Below, piece after piece: positions 24,401 through 38,333 of a DNA stretch of 64,000 nucleotides. Position 1 is the stretch's first letter; the number at the start of each line of letters is the position of its first letter. Source of the stretch: the human T2T-CHM13v2.0 reference genome, Homo sapiens. The position numbers were made by a program, and so were the translations under genes. The stretch lies in assembly GCF_009914755.1 (NCBI RefSeq), contig NC_060928.1; one strand, 5' to 3'. The notes beneath the pieces were generated by a model that was not told the origin of the DNA, ran no database searches, and saw only the letters and a program-made list of their open reading frames with translations.

Positions 24401-27400
24401 AAAGAACCAGCTTTTTGTTTCATTTATCTTTTGTATTTTTTGTTTGTTTCAATTTCATTTAGTTCTTCTTTGATGTTGGTTATTTCCTTTCTTCTGCTGG
24501 GTTTGGGTTTGGTTTGTTCTTGTTTCTCTAGTTCCTTGAGGTATGACCTTAGATTGTTTGCTTGTGCTCTTTCAGACTTTTTGATGTAGCTATTTAGGGC
24601 TATGAACTTTCCTCTTAGCACCAACTTTGCTCTATCCCAGAGGTTTCGACAGGTTCTATCATTATTGTCATTCAGTTCAAAGAATTTTTTAATTTCCATC
24701 TTGATATTCTTCAATGCTCAGTCCGGAGTAGGTTATTTAATTTCCATGTATTTGCATGGTTTTGAAGGTTCCTTTTGGAGTTGATTTCCAGTTTTATTCC
24801 ACTGTGGTCTGAGAGAGTGCTTGATATAATTTCAATTTTCTTAAATTTACTGAGGCTTGTTTTATGGCCTATCTTATGTTCTATTTTGGAGAAAGTTCCA
24901 TGTGCTGTTGAATAGAATGTGTATTCTGTGGTTGCTGGATGAAATGGTCTGTATATATCTGTGAAGGCCATTTGTTCCAAGATATAGTTTAAATCCATTG
25001 TTTCTTTGTTGACTTTCTGTCTTCATGACCTGTCTAGTGCTGTCAGTGGAGTATTGAAGTCCACCACTATTATTGTGTCTCATTTCTTAAGTCTATTAGT
25101 AATTGTTTTATAAATTTGGGAGCTCCAGTGTTAGGTGCATATATTTTAGGATTGTGACATTTTCCTGTTGGACAAGGCCTTTTACCATTATATACTGTCC
25201 CTCTTTGTCTCTTTTAACTGCTGTTGCTTTAAAGTTTATTTTGTTTGATATAAGAATAGCTACCCCTGCTCGCTTTTGTTGTCCATTTGTATGAAATGCC
25301 TTTTTCCACCCCTTTACTTTAAGTGTATGTGAGTCCTTATGTGTTAGGTGATTCTCCTGAAGACAGCAGATAGTTGGTTGATGAGTTCTTACCCATCCTG
25401 CAGTTCTGTATCTTTTAAGTGGAGCATTTAGGCTATTTATATTCAATGTTAGTATTGAAATGTGAGGTACTGTTGCTTTCATCCTGCTCTTTGTTGCTTC
25501 TGTGCTTCGTTTTTTTTGTTATTTTTTTTGTTTGTTTTTGCTTTTTAACTTGTATTTTGTTTTATAGGTCCTATGTGATTTATGCTTTAAAGAGGTTCTG
25601 TTTTGATGTGTTTTGATGTGTTTCCAGGATTTGTTTCAAAATTTAGAGCCACCACAAGACTTACAGCTCCTTTTAGTAGTTTGCCATTGGTAATGGCAAA
25701 TTCTTTCAGCATGTGTTTGTCTGAAAACAACTGTATCTTTCTGTCATATATGATGCTTAGTTTCGCTGGATACAAAATTCTTGGCTGATAATTGCTTTGT
25801 TTGAGGAGGCTGAAGATAGGTCCCCAATCCCTTCTAGCTTGTAAGGTTTCTGCTGAGAAATCTGCCATTAATCTGACAGGTTTTCCTCATAGGTTACCTG
25901 GTGCTTCTGTCTCACAGCTCTTAAGATTCTTTCCTCCTTCGTAACTTTGTATAACCGGATGACAATGTGCCTAGGCAAAGATCTTTTTGCAATGAATTTC
26001 CCAGGTGTTCTTTGTCCTTCTTATATTTGGATGTTTAGGTCTCTCACAACCCAGGGAAGTTTTCCTTGATTATTCCCCCAGACATATTTTCCAGGCTTTT
26101 AGAATTCTCTTCTTCCTCAGGTACACTGATTATTCTTAGGTTTGGTCGTTTAACATAATCCCAGACTTCTTGGAGGCTTTGTTCATATTTTCTTGTTCTT
26201 TTTTCTTTGTCTTTGTTGAATTAGGTTAATTCAAATACCTTGTCTTGGAGCTCTGAATTTCTTTCTTCTGGTTGTTCAATTCTATTGCTGAGACTTTCCA
26301 GAGCATTTTGCATTTCTAGAAGTGTGTCCAAAGTTTCCTGAATTTTTCATTGTTTTTTTCTTTAAGCTGTCTATTTCCATGAATATTTCTCCCTTCACTT
26401 CTTATATCATTTTTTGGATTTTCTTGCATTGTGCTTCACCTTTCTCTGATCTTTCCCTTATTAGCTAAATAACTAACCTCCTAAATTCTTTTTCAGGAAA
26501 TCAGGGATTTCTTCTTGGTTTGGATCTATTGCTTGTGTGATTTTTGGGGGGTGCTGAAGAGCCTTGTTTTATCATATTACCAAGGTTGGTTTTCTGGTTC
26601 CTTGTCATTTGGGTAGGCTCTGTCAGAGGGAAGGCCTAGGACTGAAGGCTGTTGTTCAGATTCTTTTGTCCCACAAGGTGTTCCCTTGATGTAGTACTCT
26701 CCCCCTTTTCCTATGGATGTGGCTTCCTGTGAGCCAAGCTGCAGTGATTGTTTTCTCTCTTCTGGGTCTAGCCATCCAGCGAGTCTATCCAGCTCCAGGC
26801 TGGTACTGGGGGTTGTCTGCAGAGTCCTGTGATGTGAACCCTCTATGGGTCCCTCAGCCGTGGATACCGGTGCCTGTTCTGGTGGAGGTAGCAGAGGGTG
26901 CAATGGACTCCATGAGGGTCCTTAGCTTTGGTGGTTTGATGCTCTATTTTTGTGCTGGTTGGCCTCCTGCCAGGAGGTGGCGCTTTCCAGAAAGCATCAG
27001 CTGCAGTAGTAGTGTGGAGAGGGACCAGCAGTGGGCGGGGCCCTAGAACTCCCAGGATTATGTGCCCTTTGTCTTCTGCTACCAGGGTGGATAGGGAAGG
27101 GCCATCAGGTGGGGGCATGACTAGGCGTGTCTGAGCTCAAACTCTCCTTGGGCAGATTTTGCTGCAGCTGCTGTGGGGAATGGGGATGAGATTACCAGGT
27201 CACTGGAGTTGTGTACCTAGGAGGATTATGGCTGCCTCTGCTGAGTCATGCAGGTTGTCAGGGAAGTGGGGAAAAGCGGGTAGTCACAGGCCTCACCCAG
27301 CTCCCATGCAAACTGAAGGGCCAGTCTCACTCCCACCGTGCCCCCACCAACAGCCCCAAGTCTGTTTCCAGGTAGAGGGCAAGAGGGCCGTGAAAACTTA

Positions 27401-27926
27401 CCCGAAGCTATCTGCCTCCCAACTGCGAGAGAAAGGGGCTTTAGTTCTTCCCCGTCCTGTGAAGTCTGCACGCCCAATTCACACCATCCCTCAAGTTCTG
27501 GCCAGGAGGTTTCTCACCCCGTTCAAATTGTTACAAAGTTCAGCTAGAGAATTCCTTCTCCCTGTGGAGTTTTACCCCCTGCCCCTCTGGCCACCCTCCC
27601 GATGGATCCCTGTGGTGCCAGGCAGGAATGGGCTGCTTGGGGACCCAGCGAGCTCCCAGGGCCTTTTTGCTGCTTCCTCTACCCCTGTATTTTGCTCAGC
27701 TCTCAAACTTGACTCAGCTCCAGGTGAAGTTGGAAACGTCTCCAGCAAACAGACCTTCAGCTTCTCCAGTGGGGGGTGTGTTCGGGAGAGGAGGGTCTCC
27801 CTTTCCCACTTCTGCAGTTGGGGCACTCACAATATTTGGGTGTCTCCCAGGAGCAGTCTGCTTCCTTCAGAGGGTCTGTGGGTCCTGTCAGGATTGCTGG
27901 TTTGTTCTTGCAGTCGATCTAGAGCT
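21446..27926 (-). mobile_element. Near-full-length L1PB1-like LINE-1, ORFs disrupted
   Basis: L1PB-type 3' UTR next to poly(T); colinear minus-strand ORF2 fragments (EN: HISILTLNINSLNAPLKR; RT: [16 protein letters not shown]), ORF1 fragment (ADFSAETLQARRDW), GC-rich 5' UTR; TSD gggaaatgcttt. Confidence 0.93.
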
Positions 27927-27990
27927 CAGGTGATCTGTCCGTCTTGGCCTCCCAAAGTGCTGGGATTACAGGCATGAGCCACGGCGCCCC
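27925..27990 (-). mobile_element. Alu 5' fragment (~first 70 nt, AluS-type) fused to L1 5' end
   Basis: ctcaggtgatctgtccgtcttggcctcccaaagtgctgggattacaggcatgagccacggcgccc, no tail of its own. Confidence 0.9.
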
Positions 27991-28536
27991 CTGGGAAATG
28001 CTTTAGTTGGTACATTTTGAACCAGTAAAGCTGCCCTGTGGCTGGGTACACTTACACAAATAGCATCTGAAAAAAAATTTTTTTTTGATATTCCAAATGG
28101 TATGCAGATTTCAGGTTAAACCTAGTACAAGGATACATACACCTGGGATATAGGAGAAAAAGGAAGAGCAAGACATAAATACTTCCCTTATCCAAATCAC
28201 CAATCCTCTCATGAGGGAGTGGTATGATAGCTTACACCTACTGAACGCATAAAACTGTGTGACAGAAAGCATTTCACATGAAAGAATGTATTTAGTAGTC
28301 ATATCAACCCCAAAAGATGAAAACAAAACAAACTGTGCAATTTACCAGTCACACAGCTAATAGATGACTTGAACCAAGGAACTGTGGCTTCAAGGTCTTT
28401 ATCACAAACTATAACATGGTCTCTCATTCACTACCGGCAGAACATGGAGAGGGTAAAATTATAAAAGCCTAATGGAAAAGGAAAGGGCAGGTGGGGTGGA
28501 GTTGAGTGCAAGAAGACCTAGGAAGTCAGACTCCAT

Positions 28537-29112
<576 letters not shown>

Positions 29113-31606
29113 AAGGTAAAATTTAGATTAGAGGAAAAATGCGATTACAAAACAACTCAAAATTTCTGAGCAGAAGAGTGATTTGTTGAAAGCAGGTTTA
29201 AAGAGATATTTTGACTACACGTGTTCTGCTTAAAGCAGGGTGCTTATAAAAAAAATCACAATGCACATTAAAGGACTCCATTTACCAAAAAAATTCACAA
29301 AAATAAGGCCAAATATAACCTAAGACCCTCTCCAAAAAGACACTATCTAATGTAAGAAGTGTTTAGTCTTAAATATTTAAAATTACTTTAAGAGTTGAGC
29401 TAAGGAAAAAATAAAAAGCCATCATGGTACAGAAACATACAGCATCCTGATTTGGGGCATAGTGTACTCTGACACTATTTTCTAACCTAAAAATCACAGG
29501 GTTTGTTTTTTTGTTTTTTTTTAATATGGTCTTTTCAAAAAAGGCCTCCTACAGTCAACAAAGAAGAGAAAGGGTGTTCTTTTTTTATTTCAGTAAGAAT
29601 TTTAATGCTATCCCGTGTGGCAGTTTCTGTGAAAAGTTGCAGAACTGGATACTATGTTCTTTGGGTTCTGGGGTCACTGTAAAAGCCTCAAAGGGGAGTT
29701 TAAAACCTGATGGGCCTAGATCAAGGAGGCGCCAGGGGGATTGATTTGGGGTTCATTCTGTTGCTATTCCCACTCCAAAACAAGGCATGCTGGGACTTGA
29801 ACTATACAGAGCCACCCGGGAGTGGGAGGCGAGAGGCCAGGAGAAGCCTGGGATCGGAGGGACAGGAGGGGAATGGCAACTGACCCAAATACAGAGATAG
29901 GGAGGGGAAGAGGGCTTTGAGTCTGAAGAACAAGGTGCAAGCTGGGGCACACAGCTCAAAGGCATCACTCCAACAGAAAGCACAGGGATGTAAGGCGCCC
30001 TCCCCTGTCAGAAGCCAGGTGAGAGTGCAGCTAGGATAGGAACAGCCAACACAAGTGAGCAGAACTCTAGCTGCCAGAAAAGAAGGTTCTAAAAGCACAA
30101 TCCAGCTCCAAAGAGGTAATTAGGAGGAGCTAATGAGCTAGCTGTCATTCAACATCCCATAGGTGAGGGTGCCCAGAGAATGGCACCCAGTTCATCCCCA
30201 CATCTCAGGGATGGGGTCCAACTGGCCACGGGGACTTTAACAATGAGGCCCAGCAACAAAGGCCTGGCCAAGGTCTGAGGACTCGGTTCAAAAGCTGGAA
30301 AGGAAGCTGGGGCTGCTGTAGGCATTCTCCAAACCAACCCATGAGCAAACTTATATCCCCAAACGTCCCACTGCCTGCCCCAGCCTTGGCATGTGCCCAG
30401 GCTATCTTTGAGTTTCCTCCCCTCCTGTGGAGCACAGAACTATTGTTTACCAAAACCTGCTGGTGTTTGTTATCAGCCTCCTCTCTCACTAGACTAGAGG
30501 CTCCTTAGAAGCAGGTAGCATTTTATATGCTTCTTCCCTGCTCTCATGGAACTTAATGCTGTAGAGGGAGTGCTTTAAAACCACCTATTAAATAAATCCT
30601 GTCTGGAGTTCCCTACCAGTAAGTATTACAGCTGAATTCAAAGAAGCCCATCTCTCTCCCGTGGCATGGGAGGGGGCTGGAGTTCGTTAGCTGATCACCG
30701 CCAACGTTCTCTCTGGGTGACATGTGGGACTATTGAATGGCGGGTGGAGGATCCTGGGATTTCAGGGGCATGTTGCATCCATCTGATCTGACTGGTATTG
30801 CCAGCAATCGAACCAAAATCTGGCTTAATGCAGTAGAATCTGCAAAGCCAGTCCCAAGTGACCCTTTTAAATAATCAATCTTTTTTTTTTTTTTTTCAAA
30901 TCCTCTTTCGTCTTAAATACCAACCTGATTCCTTTACTAACAAACTAGGTGCTTATTCTGCAAGCCACAAAGCATTGCTGATTAGTAATCAGGGAAGCCG
31001 AGCATAGAAGGGAACTGAAGTGGAGATTGAGAGATGAGCCATTTCATCTGGGTCCCCCGCCCTCCCTCTGTGGGCTTAAAAAAAAAAAAAAAGACAGGGA
31101 CAATGTTCTCCATCTTCATCAATGTTTTATCAACTGAAGAAACATTAAGGCGAGACTGGCAAGGGATTCTATTTTCTTGTTTACTGTAGCGAAAGACTCG
31201 GCCACTAAACTTCAGATTTCCCGATTCCTAAGCCTTGCTAAGAAGGATGCAAAAATGGGTCATAAGAGAAAGAACATATTCTTATTCTGTTTCCCACCTG
31301 TAAAATATAATATCTCCCCTGCAGATTGTTGTGAGAGTTAAGTAAGATCATTAATATCCAGCACAGACTCAGGAACACAAGGAAGCACCATTAATGTTCA
31401 TTAATTTCTTCTTGGTTCTCCATCATCCAAGTCTTCTGACATTCTAGCAACCCAGTACCACAGGTGGGAATTCTTTGAAACACATCAGAGTCAGAGCTCT
31501 TGATTTTGATAGGAAACGACTGAGCCCTTCCTGATTGCAGGGTACACACACTAGGTTCAGAAATCCCTTTAGCATTAGGAAAACTTTGGACCAGGGAAAC
31601 TGCAAT

Positions 31607-32097
31607 GCATTGGTTTGCTCTTGCCCCTGGAACAAATTATCACAAATTCTGTGGCCTTACACCAATACAAATTTATTTTCTTACAGCTCTGTAGGTCAGA
31701 AGTCTGCCGCGGTCTCACCAGCCTCCTATCAAGGCAGGGCTGATCCTTCCTGGAGGCTCTAATGGAGAGTAGTCCTTCACTCACTCAAGTTGTTGGCAGA
31801 ATTCAGTTCCTTGCACACAGCCTGCTATACCTCAGAACCAGCAATGGGACGTCAGATGCTTCTCATGCTGCCCTCTCTCTAGTCACAGCTAGGAAATATG
31901 CTCCAATTTTAAGGACTCATGTGATTACATTGGGCCCACCGGGATAATCCAAGATAATCTCCCCATCTCATAAGGTCTGTAATCTTAATCATATCTGCAA
32001 AGTCTCTTCTGCCATGTAAGGTAACATTCCCAGGCTCTAGGGATCAGAACCTAGACAAATTTAGGAAGTAGGGTGTGGGCATTATTCTGACTACCAC
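31607..32097 (-). mobile_element. MLT1 (C/D-like) MaLR solo LTR
   Basis: aacaaattatcacaaa...aaatttattttcttacagctctgtaggtcagaagtc and ttaaggactcatgtgattacattgggcccacc...attctgactaccaca. Confidence 0.78.
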
Positions 32098-32295
32098 ACA
32101 AGAGCACTTGCTGAACATTAACAATTCATAAATGTTCACCAATTTACACCCAGAATGCTGGAACCTGGAAATCATGGAAAATGATTTTTGGAGTAGTTCT
32201 ATCATTTAGTTTTCTTTTACTCACTAAAATTGGGTTTACCAAGATAGTGTTAAGACAAAACAGCTGAGACACATATCATGTAAAACCACCCTTTT

Positions 32296-32617
<322 letters not shown>

Positions 32618-33608
32618 CACCCTTTTGTCATTGGCTTGGACTTTTACCACTCTGCCTTTCTTTTTGCCAATTCAGCTTAAACCAAAATGGAAAAAATTGT
32701 TTAGGTGATCTGCCGCTAGCCAAGAGAGACCAGGGAATGTTTTCAAAGCCTAGGGTCAGCTTCCATCAGAAAGTTGAAGGGACTTACCGCAGCTATGTTT
32801 GTCACGACATTATCTCTCTCCTATTTTACAAACAGAAACAACTAACTCAGAATTCACGACTGATGGAGTAGGAAACAGGAACCAAACCGATTTTAAAAGC
32901 CTTGTCCATCATCCTTTCTATAGCTTATGAGGCATGGCCCAGCATCCACCTTATTAGTCAAGGGACATGCTAAGCAACTTTCAAACCGAGCTAAGCAGGC
33001 AGCAGTGCCAGGAAACAAAACAAAAACAAACAAACAAAAAAGGCAAGAATGGCTGGAGAGAGAAGACAAAACAGACACAAGAAACTCCATGCCTTTTATT
33101 GTCAAGAAGAGGAGCTGCTGCTCATATCTTCTTGTATTGCAAGATGCCTCTTCAATTTATGCCCTCTCCCCTTCTGTAAATTGGATTTATAATCTCCAGC
33201 CCCTTCTACAAAATCCCAGGTGTGGGTCAATGGCTGTCACTGTGAAAAAAATGAGAAAGAAGAAAAGCTTACCACTTTCTAACGCTTTTTAGCCCCAAGG
33301 CACAATGAGACACTTCATTGTTGTTATTGTTTCAACAAATGCCTTGATTGAAATGACCATGTTAATGTAGCTGAGATTATTGGCTGGAAAAGAGCAAAGT
33401 GCCAGCACACACCAGTCACAAACCCGCCGAGAGACAAGCGACACACAAAAGAACGTGGAAGTGCGAGGGGGAGGAAGAACTGGTATTATTATTGTTATAT
33501 TAGAATCCATTTATATTTTGCCATCAATTTAAAACAGGTTAGCTGAAGCCAAGCCTCCTAAACTTATTGTAGTCCTCATGCCTATCTCTATAAGAGATAA
33601 TGAGTTTA

Positions 33609-33936
<328 letters not shown>

Positions 33937-34552
33937 TTACCAAGCATGTGTGAATTGCACAGGGGAAGCTACAGGGATTCCCTTTCAGTCAATATTTTCA
34001 TAGACAGTCACTTCACGGGAAGGCCCAGGGTCTGACCTAAGCTAATAAATGATTATCCCTCGCTACTAAAATCAGGACCCTAATTAACTTGCTAATTGTT
34101 GGTCTCTGTTCACGGACATTAACCTGAGTTATCCCACTATATACACCTGTAAGTAAATTACAGGCTGTATACTCAAGATGAACCTTCTGTCCAAGTGAAT
34201 AAATGTGACTTCAATGTGTCGGCCACACATAATTCTTTTAAGTGACCAAGTGTATAAGATTCTATTATGGGCACTTCTCCAAGCAAATTAAATGGACACA
34301 AACTCCCTCTAATAATTTATTTCCTGAGCAATGTCTCTGGGCCCTGTCCTTTGGAAGGCACAGTCTCCTTGTTCATACCATCCTCTTTTATCACAGTAAT
34401 AGCTACTCTGGCTGGCTTCCCACAGGCCAAGCAGTCTAAGCTAAACACTGTATATTCATTCTCTCCCTTAATCTCTACAAAGAGTCATAAAATATACATT
34501 ATATTATTCCTATATGATGGAGGAGAAAACTGAGATTTAGATTCAAATGACT

Positions 34553-34981
34553 GTCTTAGCAGATATTACTAGTGCTCACCCAATTCCCCTCCATACCCTG
34601 GGGTTAGCATACTTAGCTTCTTCTAAAAGCTAAGACACTCTCTGCTTGAGATAAGGGAAGTATTGAAGTGCAAAGGAATTAATGTTCCCCATCCTGGGAA
34701 CAGCCCTCAGATAACAACTAATGGGAGTCGGGTAATACTAGAGCTTCTTCTCTTGTATGGGACTATGCTGAGACAGGTCTGCACCATCATCCAGAGGTTC
34801 CCAGCCTGAGCGTTCAGGTGCCATAGCAGGAACTTGCTCATCAACACACCTTACACTGGTTTCCTTACTCTCTCCCCCAGGATGCTAACCTGGGAAAATC
34901 CAAATACATTTGCACCCAAATAAATAACTGCAACTCAAGTCTAAGCTAACTTAGGGTCAGCTTCTGGGGGAGGTCACACAC
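34553..34981 (+). mobile_element. LTR16-like ERVL solo LTR interrupting a MIR
   Basis: acagccctcag...atgggagt...ccagaggttcccag...cccaaataaa...ctcaagtc...agggtcagcttctggggg pattern. Confidence 0.6.
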
Positions 34982-35296
34982 AGTACTTGTCCAAGGCCAG
35001 ATGACCAACAAATGGCACAGCTAGAGCCAAACCCAGGTTGGCTAATGCCAAAGTCCATACTCTTACTCCCCAGATTATACTATCTCTTTGTCATCCCTTA
35101 TCTGGCATAATATTTAATCAAAGCATTCAAGTAATACATTGGAATTAGACTTTTCCATATTTTTGCTATACTTTTTCCTGCCTGTTTTGCCTCTAGCAGC
35201 TTCACTTGCTAAAATAGTCTGGGTTGAAGGCTCTACAAGGCATTTACGCTGATCTTACTTCAACTACATTCTTGATAGATGGCCATCATGCCTGTT

Positions 35297-35660
35297 CGAT
35301 ATGGTTTTGCTGTGTCCCCACCCAAATCTCATCTTGAATTGTAACTCCCATAATTCCCACAGGTTGTGGGAGAGACCCGGTGGGAGATAATTGAATCATG
35401 GGGGCAGTTTCCTCCATACCATTCTCATAGTAGTGAATAAGTCTCATGATATCTGATGGTTTTTTAAGGGGAAACCCCTTTTGCCTGGTTCTCATTTTCT
35501 CTCTTGTCTGCCGCCACATAAGACATGTCTTTTGTCTTCCACCATGACTGTGAAGCCTCTCCAACCACATGGAACTGTGAGTTCATTAAACCTCTTTTTC
35601 TTTATAAATTACCCAGTCTCAGATATGTCTTTGTCAGCAGCGTGAAAACAGACTAATATA
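35297..35660 (+). mobile_element. THE1 (B/C-like) solo LTR
   Basis: gatatggttttgctgtgtccccacccaaatctcatcttgaattgta ... gaaaacagactaatata; perfect TSD ctgtt (35292-35296, 35661-35665). Confidence 0.93.
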
Positions 35661-35709
35661 CTGTTGCTTAATCTATCTCTAAAGGTGGTTGAGTCCTTCC
35701 TGTTAGAAA

Positions 35710-36165
35710 AGAGCTAACATTTAGGAGCATCCACAATATATCAGGCAATGTTCCAGGGATATCATACATATTACTCCACTAACCCTCACAACAGCCCTTT
35801 CAAGCAGGTGTTATTATCTCCATTTTACAGATGAGGAAACTGAGGCTGGTAACCTGTTCAAGGTCATGCAGTTAGTATGTGGCAGATTCAGAATTGAAAG
35901 CCAGGCCCCTCTGACCCCAAAGTCTAAGCTCTTTTTGTATAACAAATAGTGCTTGCATGTGCCAGGTCCAAGATTTTTAAATCCTAATTTATTTAATCTT
36001 TAAAATAACCCTCTGAATTAGGTACTATCACTATCTCCATTTTATAGATGTGATAACTGAGGCAACAGGAAGATAAGTAACTTGTGAAGGGCCCACAGAA
36101 AACGGCAGAGGGCCAGATTCAGACCCAGGTGTTCTGGCCCCAGCCCATGCTCCTAAACACTACTT
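35710..36165 (-). mobile_element. Two tandem MIR elements
   Basis: Two copies of the MIR core ccattttacagatgaggaaactgaggc / ccattttatagatgtgataactgaggc. Confidence 0.75.
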
Positions 36166-36939
36166 TTTGTTAACTCTCTTAACCACAGTGCTCTGTATTG
36201 ACCCAAGTTCTGATGCTACATTGAAATGTCCTCAGTATCACTTCTACCCAATATTCTTAGGTTTGCCTTCCAAAATCCAAAACTAGCCTTATCTCTTTCC
36301 CCTTGATAAAACTGTAAATATTCAAAGATGGTCTTTTCACGTGGTCTTACATGGTCACTAGCAATCCCTTGACATCTAAATCCTTTGCTATACCGCCCAT
36401 GCCTTGTGAAAAACCTCCACCCCAGTTCCCAGTTTCTCAGAACCGAGGCCCACCAGGTGTGGCCAGATCACTGCATAATGTGAAGATGACCTCCCCTGCC
36501 CTGATGCAGGACTTTGGCCAGTGAACCCTGAGCGTGGCATGGCCTTTTCTAGCAGGTAGGTTGTGTGAAGAAGCTCAACAAAGAAGAGACATTTTCCTCA
36601 TGTTCCACACCCATTTTCCCACCTATATGTTTCTTCCATGCCAGGAGGACAGCACAGACCAGCAGGGGCGATTACAAACACTTCAGGCTGGCTACATACA
36701 GGCCAGCACTCCCATTTCTGTTGGTATTGACTTGCCACTGTTGCTGTACCTTTATTTATGGTTTAAAACTTAAAGAAAGTTCACCGTCTTTATTTAGCAA
36801 TCATTTGTGGAGAGCCTCTCTATGCCAGTGTCAATGTTGAGGGCTGGGAATAGAACAATGGCTGCTGATCTCTGCGAGTTTAGAGCCTAGTAAGCAAGAG
36901 ATATACAAAATCAAATAACTTCCATCCAGATCTTCTTCC

Positions 36940-38333
36940 TCTCCCTCTCCTGGCCTCCAAACACTAGAGCATCCCAGGCTCAGTCCTTAAACTTCTCTTC
37001 AGAACATACACACTTCTCTAGAGATCCCATTTGCTCCTGTGGCTTGACTGCTGTCTCTATAAAGATGCCTCCACCATTTATACCTTTAGCCCGGTCTCTA
37101 CCCTGAACTCCATACCCCATGTCCAATTGCCCACATGCCATCTCTTCCTGGATATCTCATGGCATCTGAAACTTAACCTAAATCACCAAATTCTTGATCC
37201 CCACTGGTGTAGATTGAACTGTGTCCCCTCAAAAAGATATATTCAAGTCCTATTCCCTGATACCTATGAATGGGACCTTATTTGGAAATAGTGTCTTTGC
37301 AGATAGAATCAAGTAAAGATGTGGTCATACTGGTTCAAGATGGGCCCTAATCCAATGACTGGTGTCCTTATCAGAAGAGGGAAATTTGGATACAGACACA
37401 GGGAGAACACCAAGTGACTTTGGAAACAAAAATTGGAAGGATTCTTCTACAAGCCAAGGAATACCAAAGATTGCAACCACTGGAAGAGCAAAAATGAATT
37501 CTTCCCTGGAATTTTCATAGAAAATGACCCTGCCAATACCTTAGTTTGGAACAGTTCTCAGCCTCTAGAACTGAGACAATACATTTCTGTGGTTTTAAGC
37601 CATTCAAGTTTGTGGCAACTTGTTACAGCAGCCCGAGGAAACTAATACATCCCTCAAGACCAGCACCTCCCATCTGAGTAGAAGGTAAATCCAGTCTCTC
37701 TGTGGATTGGGCCACTTTTTTGCTTCTTTTACTCATACAGTTCACACTCAGTCCATGAAGATATGTCACTGGCTCAATGTTGAAATACATCCAGAATCTC
37801 ACAACTTCTCACCACTTCTATAGCTGCCACTCATTTCAGCCACATCAACTCTCCCCTGAATTGGAGCAAAAGGCTCCTAATGGGTCTCCCTACCACCACC
37901 CGTAGCCCACCACGGTCCATTTTCCACAAAACTGGGGAAATGTGGCTTTAAAAACATATATCAAATTATTTCACTTCTCACTCAACCATTTTATGACTGC
38001 AGAATAAAATCCAAACTCCACACTATGGCTACTTTCCCTGACCTCATCCTTCCTTGGAACTCTCATCCTTCACTCTGCACCAGCCACAAGCCCCTCCCAT
38101 CTAAGCAGAGGCTGCCCAGATAGCACCACTCCCTCATCCTGTCTTTCATTCTGCTTATTTATCTTTTCAACCTTCATCACCATCACTGCTTGGCATATTA
38201 TATGTGTTTGTGTGTTGTCTGCCTCCCTGCCTAAAAAAGGAGCCCCATGACAGGCCATAGTGTGAACCACCACTGTTTGCTAGGCACTTAGAACAGTACC
38301 TGGCTCATCAAAGATGTTCAGTACATCTGTTGA
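36940..38333 (+). mobile_element. L2a fragment interrupted by an MLT1 LTR
   Basis: cccaggctcagtcctt, ccctgaactcca, ggatatctcatggcatctgaaacttaac, atccagaatc, cttagaacagtacctggc; boundaries approximate. Confidence 0.65.
37206..37649 (+). mobile_element. MLT1 (B/C-like) MaLR solo LTR
   Basis: gaactgtgtcccctcaaaaagatatattcaagtccta...ccctaatccaatgactggtgtcctta...tttgttacagcagcccgaggaaactaataca. Confidence 0.85.

Noticed and set aside
22455-25868. L1 ORF1/ORF2 peptides as functional CDS
   Set aside because: Broken into many frames by stops and frameshifts; inactive element
27159-27977. 272-aa + strand ORF
   Set aside because: Non-ATG start, antisense to the GC-rich L1PB1 5' UTR and ends in Alu-derived text ([10 protein letters not shown]); no domain recognisable
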